NCBI GenBank assembly: GCA_964546295.1
Contig: CAZJJJ010000005.1
Location: forward strand, 1-33,036
From: an uncultured Methanosarcinales archaeon
Lineage (GTDB): Archaea > Nanobdellota > Nanobdellia > Woesearchaeales > CAZJJJ01
Length of the DNA stretch: 33,036 nt
Direction: 5' to 3'
How positions within the stretch are numbered: position 1 is the stretch's first letter; each line of letters starts with the position of its first letter. This document shows positions 1 through 7,391 of the stretch, one piece after another. Under the pieces are notes generated by a model. It had not been told where the DNA came from. It ran no database searches and was given only the letters and a program-made list of their open reading frames with translations. The position numbers and the translations under genes were made by a program.

Positions 1-144
1 AAGCTCAATGGGAACACCTTGGAGCAGGCGTTCGAGAAGTCCATGCAGAAGATACGGAACAATATGGATACCACGCTCAAGTACATCAAGGAGCTCCAAC
101 GCGTGGTCAAGAACGAGAAGCTCAGTGCCGGCCAGAAGGCTTGA
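1..144 (+). CDS. C-terminal 47 codons of an unidentified protein (gene continues upstream of the window)
   Basis: Only frame open from nt 1; ends at TGA 142-144. Translation ...KLNGNTLEQAFEKSMQKIRNNMDTTLKYIKELQRVVKNEKLSAGQKA. T-rich tract follows. No family recognised. Confidence 0.5.
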   Translation, partial: KLNGNTLEQAFEKSMQKIRNNMDTTLKYIKELQRVVKNEKLSAGQKA

Positions 145-164
145 TTTTTATTTATTTTATTTTA
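145..164 (+). terminator. oligo-T tract directly after the stop codon (archaeal-type termination signal)
   Basis: tttttatttattttatttta immediately 3' of TGA 142-144. Confidence 0.35.
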
Positions 165-300
165 ATCAATTCTTATAGATTTTAATCAAACTTAAATTAA
201 GCCATTTCTGGAGGATTTTTCTTATAACCCATACATCTATGCCTTGGAAAAGCCCCTTGATAGGCCAAAAAACGCCAAAAGATTATGGTTTTTTTTATTT

Positions 301-508
301 TCGGGATAATCCCGAATCTAGCAATTCCGGAAAAATGCCATTTTCTTGAATCATTCCGACACTGTCGGGATCTTCTATTACATTATGATATAATCCCGAC
401 AAATCAGTTTAAGGGGTTTTGCATGTATAAGGGGGGTTCCACAACAACAATACATCATTTTGTGGATTTTATGGGGGTATCTCAACCTGTTCTGGCATTT
501 TCCCGACA
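301..508. repeat. cluster of (A/T)TCCCGAC(A) motif copies, two pairs arranged as palindromes
   Basis: TCGGGAT-A-ATCCCGA at 301-315. TTCCGACA/TGTCGGGAT (arms CCGACA-c-TGTCGG) at 354-371. ATCCCGACA at 393-401. TTCCCGACA at 500-508. Further copies: GCCCGAC at 587-593 and TGTCGGAA at 1383-1390. Confidence 0.6.
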
Positions 509-594
509 GCTTCACACCAGTATACACTTTTGGTACATTTCCATATCAGTGGAAAAAAAGCAATTTTTTTGTATAGAGAAGGCTTAGCCCGACT

Positions 595-1311
595 ATGAAT
601 AGGGAAAGTCAAGCTTCAATTGAGGAAATCCTCGAAGAGCTCGAGAAGAGTAGTTTCATATCCATATTTGGAGATGACGATTTTAGGAACAAATTCAAAG
701 GCTTTCTAATGTACATGAATGAGAAGGGTGCTGAGACGATCGAAGATGCCTATAATATGCTCAAGAATGGGAAGATAAAGCCCGATGTGGTCTCATTATG
801 GATAGAAGAAGGTTTCCTGGAGGGAAGCGAGATCAAGAACGAAATCCTAATTGATGGGATTGCAAATGGATATCCTCAGCTCAAAAATATGCTCAAAGAG
901 CAAGGACATAACTATCTTTCAGATGATGAGAAAAATGAGATATTTAGGCAGATCACATCTGCATATGATCACATCAAATCTCTTGAGAAAGGGAGGATTG
1001 AGTCCATCGAGGAACATCTTACAAGCATCAAGGAATATATGTCTGGTTTCTGTGACTTATTGAGGGTTTCAGAAGAACAGATGGCTGCCATAAATGGCCC
1101 TTACAACCACCTTCTCAAAGAGGGTTATGAGACCTTAGATGAGGCTTATAGTGCGCTCAGAAAGGGCAGCATTGATGAGAATATCGTAAGTATATGGCTT
1201 GAAGAAAGAGTGACAGAGCATATCTCGAAGATGGATGGTGGAAGATTAGATCAAGTGATTAGAGAAGGATACCCTGATCTGTTCCGGGACAAAAGTGATG
1301 AAAACTATTGA
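595..1311 (+). CDS. hypothetical acidic cytoplasmic protein with an internal tandem domain duplication
   Basis: 238-aa ORF with ATG start and no signal peptide. aa 45-96 (GAETIEDAYNMLKNGKIKPDVVSLWIEEG...GYPQL) repeats at aa 177-229 (GYETLDEAYSALRKGSIDENIVSIWLEER...GYPDL). Confidence 0.75.
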   Translation: MNRESQASIEEILEELEKSSFISIFGDDDFRNKFKGFLMYMNEKGAETIEDAYNMLKNGKIKPDVVSLWIEEGFLEGSEIKNEILIDGIANGYPQLKNMLKEQGHNYLSDDEKNEIFRQITSAYDHIKSLEKGRIESIEEHLTSIKEYMSGFCDLLRVSEEQMAAINGPYNHLLKEGYETLDEAYSALRKGSIDENIVSIWLEERVTEHISKMDGGRLDQVIREGYPDLFRDKSDENY

Positions 1312-1539
1312 TAAAAAGCAAAAACATTTAGATATTTTTATAATGGATATTTTAAGCTTTGATTAAAACCATTAGTCGTGTTTGTCGGAATTATTTCTAT
1401 TATTTATGTCGATATTTGACAACAGAAACTGGACAACTGTCCTTTTTTTGACTATTTTTGTCTTGATTTTATCGACATGAAAAAAGAGAAAGTGAGTCTT
1501 GAAAAATATGTATGACATTCATATGAAAAAAACATCATG

Positions 1540-1547
1540 TTTTTAAA
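1540..1547 (+). promoter_or_regulatory. TATA box for the 1570 gene
   Basis: tttttaaa centred about 26 nt upstream of ATG 1570. Confidence 0.5.
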
Positions 1548-1569
1548 CCCATAGACAATAACATAAGAC

Positions 1570-3348
1570 ATGGTAGACACAAAACAAATACTGATGATGA
1601 GAATACCTTTTCTTTTTATTGTTGCACTGTTAGCTGTACCTCTGGTCCTCACTGAAAACGCCTTTGCAAGGGAGGATTCGCCACAGGTTACAACCATAAG
1701 CGCCGAAACCGAAAGTGAGAGTGAAGAGGCCATGGCAAGGGCAAGGATTGCGATTGATGAGAAGATATATCACACATATGCTACAATTGGACAAAGTGAG
1801 GTGCCCACGTCTGACTTGTCGGCATCCAGATGCGGCGTTACAAGGAGCAACGAGATAGTTTGTCGGGTAACTCCCTATGATGGCAGCGATAGAGCTGCAA
1901 TAGATGATGACAACACTCTATATTGTTGGGGAAATAATGAATTAAGAAGATGCCCTGATGCAGAGATGGTTGCCGAGACAGGACGTGGCAGAGGTGGCGG
2001 CGCAGGAAAAGTATCAGTCTCGGACATCAGGATAAGAAAAAGTTCTGATGCTGGTGATGATGGTCATGAGGAAGATATAGAGGTTTATTCATGGGCTTGG
2101 GGTGCTGCACTGAGCGAATCTGATTCCACAGATGCAGACGAGGATAATCTTGAATTAATATATGCATGGCAGTTGAATAGAGAGCAAACCCGCCATGATG
2201 ATGACGATAAACCCGCAGAGACTTTGAGTCTGAGCTTTGGTAAGGTTGAGATGGCTTTTGAAGGTGGCGGCGGATCAGGAGGCCGCATCGTCATCGACAT
2301 TCCAGAAGTGAGAGCCAGTGCTGATTCATTACTGTTCACTTCAGTAATGTTGGACGCAACGGCATACACAGAAGACAGTGAGGTTTGCGGTTCTACAGCA
2401 CATCTCCTCTCAGAAGGAAGATGTGATGATGAGACTGTTGATACAACAAGAGGCCCTCCTGATACGATAGGATATCAAGGGAGGATTATACAAGGTAATG
2501 AGACACGAAGTGCTGTTACCGAGGACGACCTAAGTGATGCATTGAATAGGTTTACTAGGGTTATCGAAAACATAGAATCTGCACTTGAGAGATGTAGAGA
2601 TGATGTGTGCAGACGGGTGAGCGATAATGCAGACGTGAGAAAAAGGTTAGTAGAAAGAGCAAAAACAGATATACTCAACTCTCCGCCAGTAGTCAGTGAA
2701 ATAAGAGGAATTGTAAAAGAGGATATTGCTGCACTTGAACGTTGTAGAACAGATGTCTGCAGAGAAGTGCTAAGACTAGAAGGGGAACTGCTCCAGCTCA
2801 CAGATGATTACATTGCTTCAATGAATCTTTCGAGAGATACTATCTGGGAAGAAGAATCGCCAAGGAATAGGACTGTGGAGGATTATAGAGGTGATGATGA
2901 TTCTGACCAGGATGAACCTACTCCAAGAGATGATCGAAGAGAGGATGATAGAACAGAAGATAGGGCTTCATCCCAATTGGCTGAGAGAATGACCAGAGGT
3001 CTAAGTCCAGGAGAACTTTCAGAAGACGAAAAGAGGGAGGCTAGAGAACGACTATCAGAAGCTCAGGAGTTAAGAGGGGCTGATTTTGGCCTTTCAGTAG
3101 CCTTGAGCGCTAGCGAGAACGAGAGAGTAAGATCCATAAGGTATGACGAGGAGAGAAATGTTGTCGAGATAGACCATGATGATGAGGTCAGACTCTTTGG
3201 CATCTTCAGGATGAACGCGCGCTCCAGGACAACAGTCCATGAAGATGGAACCGAAGAGACACGGAGACCTTGGTGGAGTTTCTTAGCAGCTAAAGATGAT
3301 GGACCAAGATTCAAGGCAGGGTCTGAGCTCTCGAAAAGCGTAGACTGA
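1570..3348 (+). CDS. secreted, strongly acidic protein of unknown function with a repeated Cys motif
   Basis: Signal-peptide-like N-terminus (MMRIPFLFIVALLAVPLVLTENAFA). Very D/E-rich. Gly runs GRGRGGGAGK and EGGGGSGGR. ALERCRDDVCRRV (nt 2581-2619) repeats as ALERCRTDVCREV (nt 2731-2769). C-terminal ...RRPWWSFLA motif. Confidence 0.8.
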   Translation: MVDTKQILMMRIPFLFIVALLAVPLVLTENAFAREDSPQVTTISAETESESEEAMARARIAIDEKIYHTYATIGQSEVPTSDLSASRCGVTRSNEIVCRVTPYDGSDRAAIDDDNTLYCWGNNELRRCPDAEMVAETGRGRGGGAGKVSVSDIRIRKSSDAGDDGHEEDIEVYSWAWGAALSESDSTDADEDNLELIYAWQLNREQTRHDDDDKPAETLSLSFGKVEMAFEGGGGSGGRIVIDIPEVRASADSLLFTSVMLDATAYTEDSEVCGSTAHLLSEGRCDDETVDTTRGPPDTIGYQGRIIQGNETRSAVTEDDLSDALNRFTRVIENIESALERCRDDVCRRVSDNADVRKRLVERAKTDILNSPPVVSEIRGIVKEDIAALERCRTDVCREVLRLEGELLQLTDDYIASMNLSRDTIWEEESPRNRTVEDYRGDDDSDQDEPTPRDDRREDDRTEDRASSQLAERMTRGLSPGELSEDEKREARERLSEAQELRGADFGLSVALSASENERVRSIRYDEERNVVEIDHDDEVRLFGIFRMNARSRTTVHEDGTEETRRPWWSFLAAKDDGPRFKAGSELSKSVD

Positions 3349-3380
3349 TTTTCTTTTTTTTCTTTTTTTTCTTTTTATTT
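3349..3380 (+). terminator. long oligo-T tract after the stop codon
   Basis: ttttcttttttttctttttttt ctttttattt-type T runs start directly after TGA 3346-3348. Confidence 0.5.
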
Positions 3381-3421
3381 AATTCATGAGCATGATTATT
3401 ATTCTCTAGAGTATCAAAATG

Positions 3422-3431
3422 CATATAAATA
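3422..3431 (+). promoter_or_regulatory. TATA box for the M23 peptidase gene
   Basis: catataaata centred about 25 nt upstream of ATG 3452. Confidence 0.5.
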
Positions 3432-3451
3432 GCTCATAATTACGCCGAATT

Positions 3452-4669
3452 ATGAGAAAGTGGATAAGAAATTCTGCGTTGGCTATGTCTATGGCTGCTA
3501 TGACTTTATTGCCATCAGAAGATATGAATGCTCAACATAGACCAAGGAGCACAGAGTCTGTACTTGAAAGACAGATCCAGCAGGAATTTTGGAAGACTTC
3601 GCATACCATGAGAATAGGAGAGTCTCTTGCTGACATAGAAGGGCTCCAGACGGAGAATAAAGAAGCTTTAGAATGGCTCATAGATGCTTACAATACGCCA
3701 CTTACGGCTGGCGATGAGGTATCATTCATAGAGACTGAGTCGAGCGATGGCGTATCCTATCCATTCTCAGTAAGGCTTGATTATTCTAGCCCTGAAAATG
3801 AAGATCTGCTATTTGTAGGTGAGAAAACAGATCTTGGGTATGCTATCAAAGTGGATTATTATGATTCGGATGCAAGGCATAGGAGATCCTTATGGATTAA
3901 CAAAAGGAATCAATCCCTTTATGACATAGGGATGTATGAGCTTGATTTCCCTATAGAAGGCTTCTTTGAAGACCACCAGAGAAGGATATCTTCGGGATAT
4001 GGTCCAAGGACAAATCCTCTCACAGGCGCTTATGGAGGGCCTGACATGAACTTCCATGATGGTATAGATATCCCGCTTCGGATTGGAACACCCATCATAG
4101 CTCCTGCCGACGGAGAGATCAGGATAGGATACACCTCAAGGCCCGAAGGGACCGGAGGATATAGGACCTTCAAACATCTTGGCAGGATATTGACATTCTA
4201 TACTGATAGGTATGTACGTAATTCTTCAAGAAGGCTCGAGAATCATAGAATACAGTTGAGATTCTACCATCTGTCTGACTATCCCGAAGATATCAGACGC
4301 GAAGCAGCTGAGCGACGTACTGAGCGAGTGTCGCTTGCGGAAGGCAGAGAGGAGGAATTCATAGACTGGTATGACTGGATACTCTCTTCTCCGGATGAAA
4401 GAAGGGTATTCCAGAACCTCCAAGTTCATGGTATATATTCTCTACTTTTCCCTAATATCTCAGTCAAGAAAGGGGATATTATTGGATATACAGGCAATAC
4501 GGGCATGTCAACAGGACCACATGCTCATATAGGTTTGAGAGTGAATCATTCTTCCACTGACCCAGAAGAATATTATGGGTTGCATGGTGTGCGAAGAGGT
4601 TTATCTCAATCAGAAGCGGATGATATGTTTGATAAGTATGAGAATATCAGAGACATATTGTCCGAATAA
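3452..4669 (+). CDS. secreted M23-family (LytM/lysostaphin-type) metallopeptidase with an insertion in the catalytic domain
   Basis: HxxxD motif (FHDGIDIPLRIGTPIIAPADGEI) and GNTGMSTGPHAHIGL (HxH). Hydrophobic N-terminus (ALAMSMAAMTLLP). About 60 extra residues lie between YHLS and VKKGDIIGYTG. Confidence 0.85.
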   Translation: MRKWIRNSALAMSMAAMTLLPSEDMNAQHRPRSTESVLERQIQQEFWKTSHTMRIGESLADIEGLQTENKEALEWLIDAYNTPLTAGDEVSFIETESSDGVSYPFSVRLDYSSPENEDLLFVGEKTDLGYAIKVDYYDSDARHRRSLWINKRNQSLYDIGMYELDFPIEGFFEDHQRRISSGYGPRTNPLTGAYGGPDMNFHDGIDIPLRIGTPIIAPADGEIRIGYTSRPEGTGGYRTFKHLGRILTFYTDRYVRNSSRRLENHRIQLRFYHLSDYPEDIRREAAERRTERVSLAEGREEEFIDWYDWILSSPDERRVFQNLQVHGIYSLLFPNISVKKGDIIGYTGNTGMSTGPHAHIGLRVNHSSTDPEEYYGLHGVRRGLSQSEADDMFDKYENIRDILSE

Positions 4670-4671
4670 TA

Positions 4672-4681
4672 TTTTTAAATA
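4672..4681 (+). promoter_or_regulatory. TATA box for the 4703 gene
   Basis: tttttaaata centred about 26 nt upstream of ATG 4703. It overlaps the GTG 4682 start used by the ORF track, which argues against that start. Confidence 0.5.
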
Positions 4682-4702
4682 GTGTATTGTTCTTCTACAT
4701 CC

Positions 4703-5404
4703 ATGGATGAGCAGATAAGATCCGATCTGGAGAATATTGTCTATTGTAGAGAGGGTGATATCTCTGAGATGGGTACAGCTCTTGCAGAATTAAGCTCAAG
4801 GCGTGAGGAGTTATACATGGAGATGGCCATGCTCAACGAACTCATGGACATCTATGAGACGAAGGTGAAAGAAGGTATGAGAAGCCTTGATCTGTATATG
4901 CCACTCATAGACACAATCACAAGCTATCTTGAGATGTCTGACACAGATTCTCTAGACTTCCAAGGAAACGGCACTTCAAACCTAGGGGCACATATTCTCC
5001 TTTCACATTACAGAACTGAGCCAAGACAGAATCGCTCTGATGATGACATATATTTCTCCTACAGAGAGAACTGGAAGGATTCAAGATCTACTTTCTCTGT
5101 GTTGATGTCCAAAGATAAAAGCAGAAGGCACTATTCATTCAGGCATACCACTCCGAAGAACCACCCTCATCTGGCCAGAAGCTGTAGATCCAACGATATA
5201 GATTCCTTCGCATCAGATATGACGATGATGCTGCGGAGCCACATGCTTGATGGGGGTCAACCGGGTGAGAGTGTTACACGCCTACCATTCATGCTTCAGA
5301 GATTCCCTGGATATCTCGTGGAGCTTTCTAGGTCACTGGATATCGGAAGAAACCTCAGCTCAGCCTACGAAGAGATTAAGAGACTGGAGGATCTCAAGTA
5401 CTGA
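4703..5404 (+). CDS. hypothetical protein (ORFan), start moved to ATG 4703
   Basis: ORF 4682-5404; first ATG (MDEQIRSDLENIVY...) sits at leaderless distance from the TATA box. No recognisable domain. Confidence 0.65.
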   Translation: MDEQIRSDLENIVYCREGDISEMGTALAELSSRREELYMEMAMLNELMDIYETKVKEGMRSLDLYMPLIDTITSYLEMSDTDSLDFQGNGTSNLGAHILLSHYRTEPRQNRSDDDIYFSYRENWKDSRSTFSVLMSKDKSRRHYSFRHTTPKNHPHLARSCRSNDIDSFASDMTMMLRSHMLDGGQPGESVTRLPFMLQRFPGYLVELSRSLDIGRNLSSAYEEIKRLEDLKY

Positions 5405-5405
5405 A

Positions 5406-5440
5406 TTCCGAAGAATTTTTAAATCAGACATTTTCCGAAG
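5406..5440 (+). promoter_or_regulatory. TATA box bracketed by direct TTCCGAAG repeats (candidate operator)
   Basis: TTCCGAAG at 5406-5413 and 5433-5440 flank atttttaaat (5415-5424). The TATA centre is about 26 nt upstream of ATG 5446. Confidence 0.45.
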
Positions 5441-5445
5441 TTCTT

Positions 5446-5793
5446 ATGAGGATCCCCAAGAGATACGGAGAAAGCAAGATTGATGGTTGTCCTTTCTGCG
5501 GGAAGCAGTCTACCGTGCGCAATCCACAGAATGTCCCAGTCTGCAACGATCACAAGGATAAGGATATGCCAAACCTCAAGTGTGTATGCGGAACTTATCT
5601 TGACCTTAAGATTGGGAGATACGGACCGTTCTACAACTGCATGAGATGTGGTAATATGAACATTGAGAAGGCGAAAGAAATGAATCCGAAGGCCTTTGAT
5701 GACAAAGAAAAGAAAAAAGAAGAAGGAAAAGATAAGAGATACTTCACTGAGCCAGAGGTTGTAGACCCTTATGACCCGAGATATTTCGACTGA
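5446..5793 (+). CDS. small zinc-finger protein with a topoisomerase-type C4 finger and a Lys/Glu-rich tail
   Basis: CPFCG...CNDH and CVCG...GRYGPFYNCMRCG resemble the zf-C4_Topoisom GKYGPF..C..C pattern. C-terminal KEKKKEEGKDKR. Confidence 0.7.
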   Translation: MRIPKRYGESKIDGCPFCGKQSTVRNPQNVPVCNDHKDKDMPNLKCVCGTYLDLKIGRYGPFYNCMRCGNMNIEKAKEMNPKAFDDKEKKKEEGKDKRYFTEPEVVDPYDPRYFD

Positions 5794-6498
5794 TTATCCG
5801 AAATAGTCGAGGCGATTACTTTTGTTATCCTCGGTCACTTTCTTGCTGTTCTGGAGGATACCCTTGAGTTTGTCCTCAAACTCTTTCGCTGTTTTGAGCA
5901 GGGGCTTTGGATCAACACTGAGCCCAAGATACTTATCAAGCAACTTGACCATATCAGCAGCAGCCCTGCTGTCAGGAAGATTTGAGGCCGTCTCAACGAA
6001 GAATGCTGTCATAGGTGTCTTTTTCTCTTTGAGCAATAGTGCCCCACTGACTCCAAGGACAATGCTCTCCTCTATAGGTTTGGCGACAGACTTGAGTTTC
6101 TCGGTGTTCTTTGGTCGCGTCGTATAGAAGAAAGATTTACCGCTTTCACTATCACCTGCAATGCCTTCGAGAGATATGATCTCTTTCGCCTTGAGATCTG
6201 AAGCAAGATTGCTCATCATATCTGCCATCTTCCATTCCACACCATTAGGTGAAGCCAAGGCATGGACTATGACCATGTTGTGCTTCTTGCAATAGTGCAC
6301 CTCGATTGGAGGTATGAGCTTACCTTTGTGTATGGCTACAGCTGCAGGCATCTCCTCAAACCAGAATTTGCCTATCATCTCTGTGGAAAGATGCTCAATC
6401 AGGTACTCTGTCGTTATGGTCCCCACAAGGCCGAAGCCAGGGAAACCTTCTATAATTATAGGATTCTTAGGACGTTTTGTGAGCTCGATTCTAATCAC
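5794..6498 (-). CDS. PAC2-family proteasome assembly chaperone-like protein
   Basis: N-terminal IIIEGFPGFGLVGTITTEYLIEHL signature. The ORF is open to TTG 6588, but that extension is encoded by the MITE-like insert. GTG 6498 lies about 30 nt downstream of a TATA (plus-strand tataaaaa, 6525-6532). Start is uncertain within 6498-6588. Confidence 0.75.
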   Translation of the reverse strand: MIRIELTKRPKNPIIIEGFPGFGLVGTITTEYLIEHLSTEMIGKFWFEEMPAAVAIHKGKLIPPIEVHYCKKHNMVIVHALASPNGVEWKMADMMSNLASDLKAKEIISLEGIAGDSESGKSFFYTTRPKNTEKLKSVAKPIEESIVLGVSGALLLKEKKTPMTAFFVETASNLPDSRAAADMVKLLDKYLGLSVDPKPLLKTAKEFEDKLKGILQNSKKVTEDNKSNRLDYFG

Positions 6499-6546
6499 CT
6501 CTATAACGTATCTTGGCAATGTCCTATAAAAAGATTTTGAAATTAG

Positions 6547-6718
6547 TGGGCTATGGCACGATTCTATCTTTTCTGGAAACAGCTTCAAAATTATCTATTA
6601 TTTATAAGCAAGGTGCTGCTCTCCCGGAGGGATCGTCCCCTAGCAACGCACTCTTTTAAAAACAAATCAAGGAATTTTGACCTGATGCTGTTTTTCCAGA
6701 GAATCATGCCACAGCCCA
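6547..6718. mobile_element. 172-bp MITE-like non-autonomous element with terminal inverted repeats and an 8-bp target-site duplication
   Basis: Left end is TGGGCTATGGCACGATTCT. The reverse complement of the right end is TGGGCTGTGGCATGATTCT (17/19 match). The inverted repeat extends with indels across 6547-6583 and 6687-6718. Perfect direct repeat GAAATTAG at 6539-6546 and 6719-6726. No ORF inside. Confidence 0.55.
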
Positions 6719-6730
6719 GAAATTAGATCA

Positions 6731-7303
6731 CTATGTCGGTTGATATGACGGACCCGAATCTCCAGAGATATTATCACACACCTCATTGATGATCTCTGTC
6801 AATGTCTTGCTGCGTGCCAGACGACGGTCCCTCTCATCCATAGAACGTATGGCGAACCAACCCCTGTCATCATCATGGAAATACTGCAAAAGGACCCTGG
6901 GGACTTTCGGACAGCCCATGACAAGACCATAGGATTCCCTATCATTGAGATAATCTGAAGAGTCCCCTGCCATCCAATACGCCAACCTGTGAGATGCACC
7001 ATCACTAAGCAGTAAAAGGGGATAATCGTAACCCTTGTCAATCAAGTTCCTGTCATTTTCATCCATGATGTCTATATTCGAGAACTCTGACTCTCTTACA
7101 GAGAGGTTATACATCAGGACATATGCTGAGAGATCACCAGTCAGACCATCTTTTCTCCGTGGTGGTTGTGCCTCAAATCCGTCCTCTATGCTGCTGAAAG
7201 AACTGGCATAGTATGTATCGAGCTGGAAATGCATCATGAGACGCTTGTAGAACGGCGGATCCATCTCCTCCTTATACTTCTCTGTCAGATTCAATAGAGT
7301 CAT
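6731..7303 (-). CDS. hypothetical protein (ORFan), start moved to ATG 7303
   Basis: ORF 6731-7312. ATG (MTLLNLTEKYKEE...) lies about 30 nt downstream of a TATA (minus-strand aaaatattatta, 7328-7339). No domain recognised. Confidence 0.65.
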   Translation of the reverse strand: MTLLNLTEKYKEEMDPPFYKRLMMHFQLDTYYASSFSSIEDGFEAQPPRRKDGLTGDLSAYVLMYNLSVRESEFSNIDIMDENDRNLIDKGYDYPLLLLSDGASHRLAYWMAGDSSDYLNDRESYGLVMGCPKVPRVLLQYFHDDDRGWFAIRSMDERDRRLARSKTLTEIINEVCDNISGDSGPSYQPT

Positions 7304-7357
7304 CAGAACCAAGAAGAAAAAAGGTTCTAATAATATTTTCGCATATGAAATATCAAC

Positions 7358-7367
7358 ATTTAAATAT
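7358..7367 (+). promoter_or_regulatory. TATA box for the 7392 gene
   Basis: atttaaatat about 29 nt upstream of ATG 7392. TTCCGAA (7371-7377) lies between the TATA and the start. Confidence 0.45.
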
Positions 7368-7391
7368 CATTTCCGAATTTTCCAATATCAA

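Noticed and set aside
285-587. 100-aa ORF in the large intergenic gap
   Set aside because: Its composition (Cys/His/Phe-rich, with runs such as FFIFGII) is unlike every other protein here. It has no TATA at leaderless distance and it is threaded through the repeated CCCGAC motif sites. Most likely non-coding.
145-594. Possible replication origin (ORB-like dyads and G-strings)
   Set aside because: TTTCCA-N6-TGGAAA and GGGGG runs are reminiscent of archaeal ORB/mini-ORB elements. However, the dyad is not repeated, the spacing differs from the canonical TCCAnTGGAAA core, and no orc1/cdc6 gene is adjacent. It is kept only as an alternative explanation in the finding.
2085-3314. Three antisense ORFs (2085-2369, 2475-2801, 3063-3314) opposite the acidic secreted protein gene
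   Set aside because: The Ser/Leu-rich translations are shadows of D/E codons, and they have no independent signals.
5247-5483. 78-aa ORF overlapping the end of 4703-5404 and the start of 5446
   Set aside because: It spans a promoter, and its coding potential is explained by the two flanking real genes.
6731-7303. SUKH/SMI1-KNR4-like immunity protein assignment for the 190-aa ORFan
   Set aside because: There is only a vague resemblance (LLLLSDGASHRLAYWMAGD), no adjacent toxin gene, and I cannot support the call without a profile search.
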